A stretch of DNA of 64,000 nt from an uncultured Gemmatimonadota bacterium (GTDB taxonomy: Bacteria; GCA-2686955), in the NCBI GenBank assembly GCA_964490075.1, contig CAZBBK010000001.1, positions 1-64,000 on the forward strand. Reading direction: 5' to 3'. A program made the translations under genes and the position numbers. Positions within the stretch are counted from its first letter, which is position 1; every line of letters starts with the position of its first letter. The notes under the pieces are model-generated. The model saw nothing but the letters and a program-made list of their open reading frames with translations. It did no database searches and was not told where the DNA came from. Shown here in pieces: positions 18,424 to 28,109 of the stretch.

Positions 18424-19137
18424 TCATCGCGAGCGCGCGCACCGGAACCCGATGTCCGCGCTGTCGAGCTTGGGATCGCTGACGAACCGGTTGGCGCAGC
18501 GGCCGACCTTGCCTTTGATGGCGAAGGACCCCCCGCGAATCACCCGGTACTTCTCGAACTCTTGGGTCGGCTGCTGCACCGCGGCCCCCGGATAGGGCCC
18601 GTACCAGTCGGCCACCCATTCCCAGACGTTGCCGGCCATGTCGAGCGCGCCGTAGGGGCTGGCGCCGCGCGGGTGGGAGCCGACCGGGTCGGTGCCTCCG
18701 GCGTTGGCTTCGATCGCATTCAGGGCCCCGGCAAAGACATCGTCGCCCCACGGATAGCTGCGCCCGTCGTTGCCGCGGCAAGCCTTCTCCCATTCGGCTT
18801 CGGTCGGCAGCCGTTTGCCGACCGACCTGCAGTAGTCCCGGGCGTCGGCCCAGGTGACGTTGACCACCGGATGCCGCTCGCGCCCCTCCAGGGCCAGGTA
18901 GTGCGGCCGGAAGCGACGGTACTGCGCGATCGTCACCTCGGTGCGGTCGATGTAGAAGCCGGCCAGCTCACGCTGGTGCACCGGCGACTCGTCCTTGGCG
19001 ACGTCGTCCCCCATGGTGAAGGAGCCCGAGGGGACGAAGACCATGCCGCGGGGGGGTTCCCCCTGGGCCGGCGCCTCGACCGGCAGGAGTCCCAGCAGCG
19101 CGACGGTCGCGGCGAAGCGGAGCCTGGATCGGTTCAT
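18424..19137 (-). CDS. Secreted FGE-sulfatase-domain (SUMF1/EgtB/PvdO-like) protein
   Basis: FYIDRTEVT, HPVVNVTW, RLPTEAEWEKACRG, DMAGNVWEW, RGGSF, GFRCA; lacks the catalytic Cys pair of true FGE. Confidence 0.92.
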   Translation of the reverse strand: MNRSRLRFAATVALLGLLPVEAPAQGEPPRGMVFVPSGSFTMGDDVAKDESPVHQRELAGFYIDRTEVTIAQYRRFRPHYLALEGRERHPVVNVTWADARDYCRSVGKRLPTEAEWEKACRGNDGRSYPWGDDVFAGALNAIEANAGGTDPVGSHPRGASPYGALDMAGNVWEWVADWYGPYPGAAVQQPTQEFEKYRVIRGGSFAIKGKVGRCANRFVSDPKLDSADIGFRCARSR

Positions 19138-19178
19138 GGCACCAACTTTAGCGCAATCCGGGCGCCGGTGCGCGACGT

Positions 19179-20015
19179 ATGCTCCCCGAAACTCCGATGC
19201 CGCACTCCACTCCCGCCGTCCGCGCCCCTTTTCTCCGCCTGCTCGGCGCCTTCGTCGCTCGCGACCTGCACGCGCGCTATGCCGGCTCGCTGCTCGGCCT
19301 CTTCTGGTCGGTGCTCAACCCGGTCCTGCACCTCACGGTGCTGGCGCTGGTGTTCTCGGTCTTCCTGGGACTGCGCTTCGGAGAGGCTTCGTTCATTCCG
19401 GCGCTGGTGGTCGGATTCCTGCCCTGGATGGCGGTCCACGAGGGGGCGCTGCGCGCCGGGGTCTCGCTGACCGATCATCCCACGCTGCTCAAGTCGGTGC
19501 GCTTCCCGGTCATGCTGCTGCCCCTGGCGATGGTCGCGGCGGCCTGTGTGCACCAGGCCCTGGCGACCGCGGCGGTGGCGGCGGTGCTGCTGGTCGGGCC
19601 GGGGCTCGATCTCGGCGCCGGCGCGCTCGCCACCTACGCGCTGGCGCTGGCGGCGCAGGTCGCGCTGACCACCGGCCTGGGGTTGATCCTGGCGGGAGTC
19701 GCGGTGTTCGTGCGGGACGCGGTCCAGGTCGCCGGGGCGCTGATGCTGGCCTGGATGTACGCCACACCGATCGCATGGCCCGCGGCGCTGGTGCCGGAAT
19801 CGTGGCGCTGGGTGCTGCAGGCCAATCCCCTGGCCCACGTCGTTTGCCTGCAGCGCGCGGCGTTGCTCGGCGGCTCCTCGGCAGGCGCGGCAGGCGCGGC
19901 CGGCGCGGGCTTCCAACCCTCGCTGGCGCTGGCCTTGGCGGCGGGGGGCGCGGCGCTGGCGGCCGGCCTGTGGAGCTTCCGGCGCCTGGCCCCCTACGTG
20001 GTGGACGAGCTGTGA
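19179..20015 (+). CDS. wzm: ABC-2 polysaccharide export permease (Wzm)
   Basis: RDLHARYAGSLLGLFWSVLNP, VRD..Q, YATPI, NPL; about six TM segments. Confidence 0.9.
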   Translation: MLPETPMPHSTPAVRAPFLRLLGAFVARDLHARYAGSLLGLFWSVLNPVLHLTVLALVFSVFLGLRFGEASFIPALVVGFLPWMAVHEGALRAGVSLTDHPTLLKSVRFPVMLLPLAMVAAACVHQALATAAVAAVLLVGPGLDLGAGALATYALALAAQVALTTGLGLILAGVAVFVRDAVQVAGALMLAWMYATPIAWPAALVPESWRWVLQANPLAHVVCLQRAALLGGSSAGAAGAAGAGFQPSLALALAAGGAALAAGLWSFRRLAPYVVDEL

Positions 20016-21238
20016 GCTCCACGCTTGCGCACGACTGGGTGCTGCGCGCCGAGGGCCTGAGCAAGCACTACCACACCTACCCCCGGCCGCGGGCGCGGCT
20101 CTGGGCGCTGGCGCGGCGAGTCCTGGGCCGGCCGCCGAGTGACCGAGGGGCGATTCGCGCTCTGCAGGAGGTCGACCTGCATCTCGAGGCCGGCGGCGCC
20201 CTGGCCGTCATCGGTCCCAACGGCGCCGGCAAATCGACCCTGCTGCGCCTGGCCGCCGGAATCGCCACGCCGAGCGCCGGACGGGTCGAAGGGCGCGGGG
20301 CGGTGGCGACTCTGCTGGAGCTCGACTGGGGATTCCATCCCCATCTCGACGCGCTGGAGAACGTGCGCATGGCGGCGCGCCTGGAGGGACTCGGAGGCGC
20401 CGCGCTGCGGAAGAGGGTCGACGCGGCGCTGGCGCTGGCCGACCTCGGGACGGCGACCGCGCGCCCCTTCCGCTCGCTCAGCCGCGGCATGCAGCTGCGC
20501 CTGGGCTTCGCCCTGGCGGTGACCGGCGAGCCCGATCTGTTGATCGTCGACGAAGCGCTCTCGGTCGGCGACGAGTCGTTCCGCATCCGCTGCATCGAGC
20601 GCCTGCGGGCGCTGCGCGGGGCCGGCACCGCGCTGCTCTTCGTCTCGCACGACCTGGCCGTGGTGCGGGCGCTGGCCGACCGCGTGCTGCTGCTCGACCA
20701 GGGGCGGGTCGCCGCCACCGGCCGCGCGGCGCAGGTGGTCGACGAGTACCTGGCGCGGGCCCACGGGACCCGCCCGCCCGACGCGGGCGGCGGCCCGGTG
20801 GAGTGGGGCGAGGGCGACGTGCGCCTGTCGCGGGTCCGGGTCGACCACCGCCCCGCGGCGGACGGCGCTACCCGGCTGCGGGTCGTCTGGCGCTTCGAGG
20901 CCCGGCGCGCGGTCGCCGGCGCGGTCTTCGGCGTCGGCGTGGCACGCGACGACGGCGCGCCGCTCACCGCGGTCAACCACCACTGGCACGCCGACCCGAT
21001 CGAGCCGCTCGCCCTCGAGGCCCGGGCCCAAGGAGAGGTCACCTGCGAGCTCGATCTGCCGCCTCTGGCGCCCGGCACCTATCGGCTGTCGATCTACTGC
21101 TACGACCACGCCGGCCCCCGTCCGCGCCCCCTGCACCACCTCGAAGGCGCCCACACCCTCGAGATCCCCGGCGCCGCCATCGAAAGCGCCGGGCCGCTGG
21201 CCCCTCCCAATCGCTGGTCGCTGCAGCTGTCGACCTGA
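20012..21238 (+). CDS. wzt: Polysaccharide ABC transporter ATPase with C-terminal Wzt domain
   Basis: GPNGAGKST, LSRGMQLRLGFA, IVDEALSVGD, VSHD; GTG overlaps the wzm stop. Confidence 0.9.
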   Translation: MSSTLAHDWVLRAEGLSKHYHTYPRPRARLWALARRVLGRPPSDRGAIRALQEVDLHLEAGGALAVIGPNGAGKSTLLRLAAGIATPSAGRVEGRGAVATLLELDWGFHPHLDALENVRMAARLEGLGGAALRKRVDAALALADLGTATARPFRSLSRGMQLRLGFALAVTGEPDLLIVDEALSVGDESFRIRCIERLRALRGAGTALLFVSHDLAVVRALADRVLLLDQGRVAATGRAAQVVDEYLARAHGTRPPDAGGGPVEWGEGDVRLSRVRVDHRPAADGATRLRVVWRFEARRAVAGAVFGVGVARDDGAPLTAVNHHWHADPIEPLALEARAQGEVTCELDLPPLAPGTYRLSIYCYDHAGPRPRPLHHLEGAHTLEIPGAAIESAGPLAPPNRWSLQLST

Positions 21239-21432
21239 CGCGCCCGGTCGATCTCTTCTGATGGCGGCCGTCCCCGCCCCGATTCTCCCTTCCGAGACCT
21301 CACGCACAAGAGCCCTCTTGTTGCTGCTATCCTTGTCGATACGAGATCTGAGTTCGTCTCGGGGGCGCCGCGCGGCGTTGGCGGCGAGATCGATCCAGAC
21401 CGCAACGCCGCTCCCGCGGGGGAATCGACGTC

Positions 21433-22188
21433 ATGAAGCTCAGCATCATCATCCCCTGCTTCAACGAAGCACCCAACATCCCCAACCTCGTCGACCGGCT
21501 GCGCGAGGCGCTCGGCGCCGAGCCCGACCTGGCCGAGCCGGGTGCCTACGAGATCCTCCTGATCGACGACGGCTCGACCGACCGCACCTGGAAAGCGATC
21601 GAGAACGAGCACAAGCGCCACGACCAGGTGCGCGGCATCCGCCACGGCGGCAACAAGGGGATCGCCGAGGCCTGGGCCACCGGCGCGCGCGAGGCTCGGG
21701 GCCTCTTTCTGCTGACCATGGACGCCGACCTGCAGTACCGCCCCGCCGATGTCCCCGTGCTCTACCGCGAGTCGCTGAAGGGTCTGGTCGACCTGGTGCA
21801 GGGGCAGCGCGTGGAGCAGGTGGCGCCGGGACCGCTGCGCACCGCTCTCTCGGTCGGACTCTCGTGGCTTCTCAACGGCCTCTTCGGCCTCGGTCTGAAG
21901 GACGTCAAGTCGGGTTTCGTCTGCTACAAAGCCGAGGTGCTGCGCGACATCCTCGCCGATCGCCAGGCCTTCCACTGCTTCCAGCACTTCATCACCGTGG
22001 CGGCCGCCGCCCGCGGCTACTCCATCCGCCAGATCGGGATCGTCTTCGATCCGCGCCAGGCCGGCGAGTCGTTCATCGACCGCCCACTCTCCTTCTCGCT
22101 GCGCGCCGCCCAGGATCTGCCGAAAGCGATCCTCTACTATCGGCTGAAGCGCCCGGTGCCGAGTGTGGCGCCGGTCGAGAGCCGATAA
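21433..22188 (+). CDS. GT2 glycosyltransferase (DPM1-like)
   Basis: SIIIPCFNE, DDGSTD, MDADLQY. Confidence 0.92.
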   Translation: MKLSIIIPCFNEAPNIPNLVDRLREALGAEPDLAEPGAYEILLIDDGSTDRTWKAIENEHKRHDQVRGIRHGGNKGIAEAWATGAREARGLFLLTMDADLQYRPADVPVLYRESLKGLVDLVQGQRVEQVAPGPLRTALSVGLSWLLNGLFGLGLKDVKSGFVCYKAEVLRDILADRQAFHCFQHFITVAAAARGYSIRQIGIVFDPRQAGESFIDRPLSFSLRAAQDLPKAILYYRLKRPVPSVAPVESR

Positions 22189-22231
22189 CGAGAGCCCGCC
22201 ACCTGGCTCCCCCCAATCCCGAGGCCCCCTC

Positions 22232-23611
22232 ATGCCCAAAACCATCATCGAGCCCTTTCGGATCAAGGTCGTCGAGCCGCTCGGCCAGACCACGCGCGAG
22301 GAGCGCCGATCGGTCCTGGAAAAGGCCGGCTACAACCTTTTCATGGTGCGGGCCGACAAGGTGCTGATCGATCTACTGACCGACAGCGGAACGGGAGCCA
22401 TGAGCGCCGAGCAGTGGGCCGGATTGTGCCGCGGCGATGAGTCGTACGCCGGCGCGCGCAGCTTCTATCGCTTCCGCGATACGGTGCGCGAGATCTTCGG
22501 CTTCGAGCACGTCATTCCGGTGCACCAAGGGCGCGCCGCGGAGAAGATCCTGTTCAAACTGCGCGCGGCGCCGGGGCAGACCGTCCCCAGCAACACCCAT
22601 TTCGACACCACCCGCGCCAACGTCGAGGCGCGCGAGGCGCTCGCGCTCGATCTACCGGTCGCCGATTCGGAAGACCTGAGCTCCGAGGCGCCCTTCAAAG
22701 GCAACATGGATCTGGAGGCGCTGGAGCGGGTGCTGGCTGGCGCGGCGCCGGGCGAGATCCCGGTGGTGATGACGACCATTACCAACAACTCCCTGGGCGG
22801 TCATCCGGTGTCGCTGGAGAATCTGCGGCGCACGGTCGAAATCTGCGACCGGCACGGCGTGCCGGCCTTCGTCGACGCCGCCCGCTTCGCCGAAAATGCG
22901 TATCTCGTGAAGCTGCGTGAGCCGGGGCAGCGCGAGCGGCCGGTCATGGAGATCGCGCGCGACCAGTTCCGCGGCTTTCGCGGCTGCATGATGAGCGCCA
23001 AGAAGGACGGCATCGCCAACATCGGCGGCCTGCTGGCGACCGACGATGCCGCGCTCGCCGAAGAGGCGCGCCAGGTGCTGGTGGTGACCGAGGGCTTCCC
23101 GACCTATGGCGGGCTGGCGGGACGCGACCTGGAAGCGATCGCCATCGGCCTGCGCGAGGCGCTCGACGAATCGTATCTGCACTATCGCATCGCCTCGACC
23201 GCCTACCTGGCCGACCACCTGCACGAGCACGGGGTGCCGGTGGTGCGACCGGCGGGCGGTCACGCGGTCTATCTCGACGCACGCGCCTTTCTGTCGCATC
23301 TGCGGCCGCAGGATCTGCCGGGGCAGGCGCTGACCTGCGCGCTCTACCTGCACGCCGGAATCCGCGCCTGCGAGATCGGCACCGTGATGTTTGGGACGGT
23401 CGACGAGGAGAGCGGCGAGCTGAGGGCGGCGCCGCAGGACCTGGTGCGCCTGGCGATCCCGCGCCGCACCTACACCCAGAGCCAGATCGACCTGGTGATC
23501 GAGTCGATCCTGGAGCTCTTCGCGAAGCGCGAGCGGATCGCTGCCCTGGACATGGTCTGGGCGCCCAAGGCGCTGCGCCACTTCACCGCGCGCTTCGCGC
23601 CCCGGGAGTAG
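22232..23611 (+). CDS. tnaA: Tryptophanase
   Basis: EPFRIK, IDLLTDSGT, QGRAAE, SAKKD (PLP Lys). FDTT, EIG and LRHFTA residues match tryptophanase rather than tyrosine phenol-lyase (FTTT, ERG, LRFFTA). Confidence 0.9.
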   Translation: MPKTIIEPFRIKVVEPLGQTTREERRSVLEKAGYNLFMVRADKVLIDLLTDSGTGAMSAEQWAGLCRGDESYAGARSFYRFRDTVREIFGFEHVIPVHQGRAAEKILFKLRAAPGQTVPSNTHFDTTRANVEAREALALDLPVADSEDLSSEAPFKGNMDLEALERVLAGAAPGEIPVVMTTITNNSLGGHPVSLENLRRTVEICDRHGVPAFVDAARFAENAYLVKLREPGQRERPVMEIARDQFRGFRGCMMSAKKDGIANIGGLLATDDAALAEEARQVLVVTEGFPTYGGLAGRDLEAIAIGLREALDESYLHYRIASTAYLADHLHEHGVPVVRPAGGHAVYLDARAFLSHLRPQDLPGQALTCALYLHAGIRACEIGTVMFGTVDEESGELRAAPQDLVRLAIPRRTYTQSQIDLVIESILELFAKRERIAALDMVWAPKALRHFTARFAPRE

Positions 23612-23656
23612 GAATCCGCGCTCCGGGTTATCCTCCAGCAGAACCCCGGAGTCATC

Positions 23657-26600
23657 ATGCCGCGTTCCCGAACCATCGCCACCGCGCTGGTCGCCGCCAC
23701 CACCTGCGCATCTCTCCTGCCCGCGCCGCTGGCGCGCGCGTTGACCGAAGAGGAATGGCGCGACCTGGTGATCTACCAGGTGATCACCGACCGCTTCGAC
23801 GACGGCGATCCGTCCAACAACGACGCCGAGGGAGTCTACAATCCGAGCAGCGCCTGGGGGGTGCACGGCGGGGACTTCGAAGGGATTCGGCGCCGTCTTC
23901 CCTACATCGCCGGCCTGGGGGTCAACGCGGTCTGGATCAGCCCGGTGCCGCTCAACGCCTGGGGCAAGTACCACGGCTACCACGCCCGCGACTTCGCGAC
24001 GATTTCGCCGCAGATGGGAGGAATCGACGATTTGCGCGCGCTGGCCGACGACGCCCACGCCGCCAATCTGTCGCTGGTGCTCGACGTGGTGACCAATCAC
24101 CTGGCCGATCTCTCCAACAGTGTCTCGCCGGGCTGGCCGCAGTTCCAGGATCCTTCGGACTACGTGCTCTACTGGCGCCGCCCGGACATGCTGCCCGCAC
24201 CGCCCTTCGATCGCCTCGACTGGCTGCACAACAACGGCAAGATCGGCAACTACGTCGACCCGGAGCAGATCCTCGGCGAGCTGTCGAACCTGGACGATCT
24301 GCGCACCGAGAACACCGAGGTGCGCGACGCATTGGTCGATGCCCACGGCTGGCTGATCGATGAGGCAGGGGCCGATGCCTTTCGCATCGACACCGTGAAG
24401 CACGTGGAGATGGAGTTCTGGCAGAGCTGGCCGGCGGCGATCCGCGAGCGCGCCGCGCTGGCCGGCAAGCAGGATTTCTTCCTCTTCGGCGAGGTATTCG
24501 ACGGCTCGGACGCGAAATGTGGCAGCTACACCGGCACCCGGGCGGGTGGGCCCTACGCTCTCGATTCGGTGCTCGCCTATCCGCTCTACTACACCATGCA
24601 GGATGTGTTCGTGTGGGGCCATCCGACCGCGCGCATCGCCGAGCGTTGGGCGGCGCTCTCGGCCTACGATTCGCGGGCCCGCGAACGGCTCGTGACCTTC
24701 CTGGACAATCACGATCAACCGCGCTTCCTGTCGCCCGAGCGGGCCGGCGGCGACCGCGCGCATCTGCGCGCCGCGCTGGCATTGCTGATGACGGCGCACG
24801 GGGTTCCGACCATCTACTACGGCACCGAACAGGGCTTCGAGGGGGGCAACGATCCCGCCAACCGCCGCGACATGTTCGACGGCAGCTACGAATCGGGCCC
24901 CTCTCTGGGGGACAACTTCGATCCGGCGTCGGAGCTCTATCGCTGGATCCGGCGCCTGGCGGCGATTCGCGCGGCACGGCCCGAGCTGCGCCGCGGCGAC
25001 ACCGTGGTGCTGGAAGAGTCGGGCGCGGGCCGCGGGATCTTCGCCTTTCGACGCAGCATGGCCGGCAACGAGGTGCTGGTGGTGCTCAACACCGCATCGA
25101 CCGCGCGCAGCACCGGGAACCTGGCGACGGGCTGGGGGCCGGGCCAGGCGGCCGCCGATCTACTCCGGGCGGGAACGATCGTCGACACCACCGATGGCTC
25201 GGGAGCGCTGGGCCTCGACGTGCCGGCCGATGGTGTGCGGGTGCTGGTTCGCAGCGAGGAAGTGACGGCACCGGCGCCGTGGCTGGCGGCGGTGGGGCCG
25301 GATCACGACGCTTCCAGCATCGATCCGGCGGCACCCCTGGAATGGGTGTTCGACCGGGCGATGGACCGGGCCTCGGTGGAGGCGGCGCTGGCGATCTCGC
25401 CGGCGGTCGAGGGGACCTTCGAGTGGGCGGCACCGAACCACCTGCTGCTGCGACCGGCGCAGCCCCTGAGCCGCGGATGGCGCTACCGCTGCGAGATCGG
25501 TGCAGGGGCGCGCGCCGCCGACGGTCTGGAGCTCGGGGTGGCGCTCAGCACCGAGCTCAGGGCGGCGGAGCGCGGCTTCGATGCCGCGGAGAATGTGTTG
25601 CTGGCGGATGGCTTCAGCGCGGAGCACGTGATCCTGGGCGGTCTGGAGGCGCCGAGCGCGGTGGCGGCGGCGGGCAACTGGGGCGATGCGCGCATCTACG
25701 TGGCCCACGGCGGGCGGATCGAGGTCTTCGACGGCGCCGGAGCAACGCTCGGAGCGCTCGCGGAGGATGCGCTGCTGGCACAGGTGTCGGCACTGGCCTG
25801 GGATCGGGGCGATGGCTTCGGCGGCGCGCTGCTGGCGGCGACCAGTGCTGGGTTGGCGACGGTGAGCGAGGGCGGCGAGGTGACGCTGGTGAGCGCCTGG
25901 GACGATCCTCCCGGCGGCGATCTGGCGCTGGCGACCACGGCGGCCGGCGAGGTGCTGAGCGCCCGAGTCGAGCACGACGCGCTGCTGCGCCTGGTGCCGG
26001 GGGGGGCCCAGACGCTGGCGAGCGGGATCGGAGGCGCGCGGGGCGTGGCGGAAAGCGGCGGCAGTTTCCCCGGCGCGTGGTTGGTGGTCGACGCGGCGCA
26101 GAGCGACTGGTACGACGCCATCGCCGGACGGGGGTGCTTGCTGGCGGTGGACGGCGAGGGGGCGCCGACGGTGGTGGCCGGTGGGGGCGCGACCGGCGAG
26201 CTGGACGGCGCGGGGGCGCTGCTGCGCGACGCGAGCGGGGAGTTCGGCGGAGACGCGCTGGTGGCGGACCTGGTCGAGGAGCGGGTGCTGCGGGTCGCGG
26301 CGACCGGGGCGGTCGAAACCCTGGCCGGGGGCTTCGGCAACCTGGCGTCGGCGGGCTGCCTGGCACAGGAGTCGGACGGGGCCTTGCTGGTGCTGGACGC
26401 CGGTTCGACCCGGCGCTGGACCGGGCGGCCGCGGCGCGCCGATCCTCCGCGCCTGGTGCGCATTCGCGCCGGCGGCACCGGGGTGGCCGGCGGCGCCTTG
26501 GCCGCGCCGGCGGCGGGGCTGAGGCTGGCGCCGGTCGCCCCGAACCCGATCAACCCGCGGGCCCGAATCCGGGTCGAGGTCGCGCGCGGCGGAAGGGCGC

Positions 26601-26791
26601 GGGTGGCGATCTACGCCCTCGACGGAGCGCGGGTTCGGATGCTCCATCGGGGCGCGTTGGCGCCCGGCAACCACGTCTTCGCCTGGGACGGCAGAGACGA
26701 TCGTGGCGCGGCGCTTCCCTCCGGGGTCTACATCGTGGAGCTGCGCTCGGGCGCCGAGCGCAGAACCGAGCGAGTGCTGCTCTTGAAGTAG
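23657..26791 (+). CDS. Secreted GH13 alpha-amylase-family protein with Ig-like (SbsA/Big_5), propeller-like and FlgD-Ig C-terminal domains
   Basis: IYQVITDRF, YHGY, DVVTNH, FRIDTVKH, GEVF, FLDNHD, YYGTEQG; FDRAMDRASV (Big_5); PNPINP...WDGRD...SGVY C-terminal domain. Confidence 0.92.
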   Translation: MPRSRTIATALVAATTCASLLPAPLARALTEEEWRDLVIYQVITDRFDDGDPSNNDAEGVYNPSSAWGVHGGDFEGIRRRLPYIAGLGVNAVWISPVPLNAWGKYHGYHARDFATISPQMGGIDDLRALADDAHAANLSLVLDVVTNHLADLSNSVSPGWPQFQDPSDYVLYWRRPDMLPAPPFDRLDWLHNNGKIGNYVDPEQILGELSNLDDLRTENTEVRDALVDAHGWLIDEAGADAFRIDTVKHVEMEFWQSWPAAIRERAALAGKQDFFLFGEVFDGSDAKCGSYTGTRAGGPYALDSVLAYPLYYTMQDVFVWGHPTARIAERWAALSAYDSRARERLVTFLDNHDQPRFLSPERAGGDRAHLRAALALLMTAHGVPTIYYGTEQGFEGGNDPANRRDMFDGSYESGPSLGDNFDPASELYRWIRRLAAIRAARPELRRGDTVVLEESGAGRGIFAFRRSMAGNEVLVVLNTASTARSTGNLATGWGPGQAAADLLRAGTIVDTTDGSGALGLDVPADGVRVLVRSEEVTAPAPWLAAVGPDHDASSIDPAAPLEWVFDRAMDRASVEAALAISPAVEGTFEWAAPNHLLLRPAQPLSRGWRYRCEIGAGARAADGLELGVALSTELRAAERGFDAAENVLLADGFSAEHVILGGLEAPSAVAAAGNWGDARIYVAHGGRIEVFDGAGATLGALAEDALLAQVSALAWDRGDGFGGALLAATSAGLATVSEGGEVTLVSAWDDPPGGDLALATTAAGEVLSARVEHDALLRLVPGGAQTLASGIGGARGVAESGGSFPGAWLVVDAAQSDWYDAIAGRGCLLAVDGEGAPTVVAGGGATGELDGAGALLRDASGEFGGDALVADLVEERVLRVAATGAVETLAGGFGNLASAGCLAQESDGALLVLDAGSTRRWTGRPRRADPPRLVRIRAGGTGVAGGALAAPAAGLRLAPVAPNPINPRARIRVEVARGGRARVAIYALDGARVRMLHRGALAPGNHVFAWDGRDDRGAALPSGVYIVELRSGAERRTERVLLLK

Positions 26792-26807
26792 CGACGAGGA
26801 GCCGAGC

Positions 26808-28109
26808 ATGAGACATCAGTTTTTCGCGGTGCTCACCCTGGCGCCAGCGTCGATCTGCGCCGCGCCGGCCGCGACCATCGACGTCCCGGCCGATCACGCC
26901 TCGATTCAAGAAGCGATCGCCGTGGCCTCCGACGGCGACACCGTTCTGGTCGCGCCGGGCACCTATCTCGAATCGGAGATCTCGTTGCTCGGTCGGGCGC
27001 TGGTACTGAAGGGCCACGACGCGAGCGACCCGGCCACGGTTCGAAGCACGGTGATCGACGCCCAGCGCGGCGGCGTTGTGCTGCGCGCGGTCACGGGCGA
27101 AGGGCCGGACACGCGGATCGAGGGGCTCACCTTGACCGGCGGACTGGGCAACGGTGCCGGAATGTACTGTGCCGCCACCTCTCCCACCATCGACCGCTGT
27201 CTGATCCTCGACAACGCATCGACCGGCGGCGGATGGAACTACGGCGGAGGCATCCACTGCGCGGGCGGCGCGGCGACGATCGAGGGCTGCTACCTGGTCG
27301 GGAACACGGCCGACTGGGGTGGTGCCTTGCGCATTTCGGAAGGGGCGAAGGTGGAGGTGCGGGACTGCGTGTTCATGAACAACTCGGTGGTCTTCGACGG
27401 TGCCGGCGTCGACGTCTTCGAGTCCGAAGCGACGATCGAAGGCTCGTTCTTCCTGAACAACCACTCTGGCTATGGAGGAGCGATCTACTGGGCCAAGTCC
27501 CCGCGGGGCACCATTCGCAACTGCCGCTTCGAGAGCAACGACGCCAACTGGGGGGGCGGGATCTACATCTCGGTCTCGGCTCCACTGATCGAGAGCTGTC
27601 TCTTCATCGGCAACTACGCCAACTGGGGCGGAGCGGTGCACGTCTTCAACTCATCGCCCGAGATCCGCTACTGCACCATGACCGAGAACCGGGCCCGCGA
27701 CGCCGGCGGCGCGATCTACGCCTGGGGAACCAGTTCCGACGTGTCGGTGATCGGCTCGATTCTGTGGAACGATCAGCCGCGCGAGATCCGCGTTCGGCTC
27801 GGCAACCACGTGCGCTGTAGCTACAGCGATATTCAACGCGGGCGCAGCGGCGAGGGCAACATCGACTCCGATCCGCGCTTCATCGACTATCAGAGCTGGA
27901 CCCACCTGCTCGCCCCCGGCTCGCCCTGCATCGACGCCGGCCCGCCGGCGGAGCAGGACGGCATCGCCTGGCCCCCCTTCTACCCCAACGGGGCGCTCGC
28001 CGACATGGGCGCCTATGGAGGGCCGGGCGCTGCCGGCTGGGGCTACTTCAGAAGCACCAACCGCCTGCTGCGCGGCGCCGCACCGACCGCCTCCAACCGC
28101 ACCAGGTAG
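26808..28109 (+). CDS. Secreted right-handed parallel beta-helix protein
   Basis: TIDVPADHASIQEAI, GDTVLVAPGTY, repeated N.A..GGA rungs, SPCIDAG...DMGAYGG; 67-bp convergent overlap with the next gene. Confidence 0.88.
   Translation: MRHQFFAVLTLAPASICAAPAATIDVPADHASIQEAIAVASDGDTVLVAPGTYLESEISLLGRALVLKGHDASDPATVRSTVIDAQRGGVVLRAVTGEGPDTRIEGLTLTGGLGNGAGMYCAATSPTIDRCLILDNASTGGGWNYGGGIHCAGGAATIEGCYLVGNTADWGGALRISEGAKVEVRDCVFMNNSVVFDGAGVDVFESEATIEGSFFLNNHSGYGGAIYWAKSPRGTIRNCRFESNDANWGGGIYISVSAPLIESCLFIGNYANWGGAVHVFNSSPEIRYCTMTENRARDAGGAIYAWGTSSDVSVIGSILWNDQPREIRVRLGNHVRCSYSDIQRGRSGEGNIDSDPRFIDYQSWTHLLAPGSPCIDAGPPAEQDGIAWPPFYPNGALADMGAYGGPGAAGWGYFRSTNRLLRGAAPTASNRTR

Noticed and set aside
2768-19137. 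Diversity-generating retroelement (DUF1566 and FGE-sulfatase domains are typical targets)
   Set aside because: No reverse transcriptase, and no template/variable repeat pair with adenine-specific mismatches. The 11.1/13.0 kb repeat differs at mixed bases.
18424-19137. True formylglycine-generating enzyme
   Set aside because: The catalytic Cys-containing motif after RGGS is absent, and no sulfatase is adjacent.
18205-19180. FMN riboswitch upstream of ribD/ribE
   Set aside because: No intergenic space and no RFN consensus motifs seen.
22189-22231. tnaC leader peptide
   Set aside because: Only 43 bp between the GT2 gene and tnaA; no Trp-containing leader ORF.
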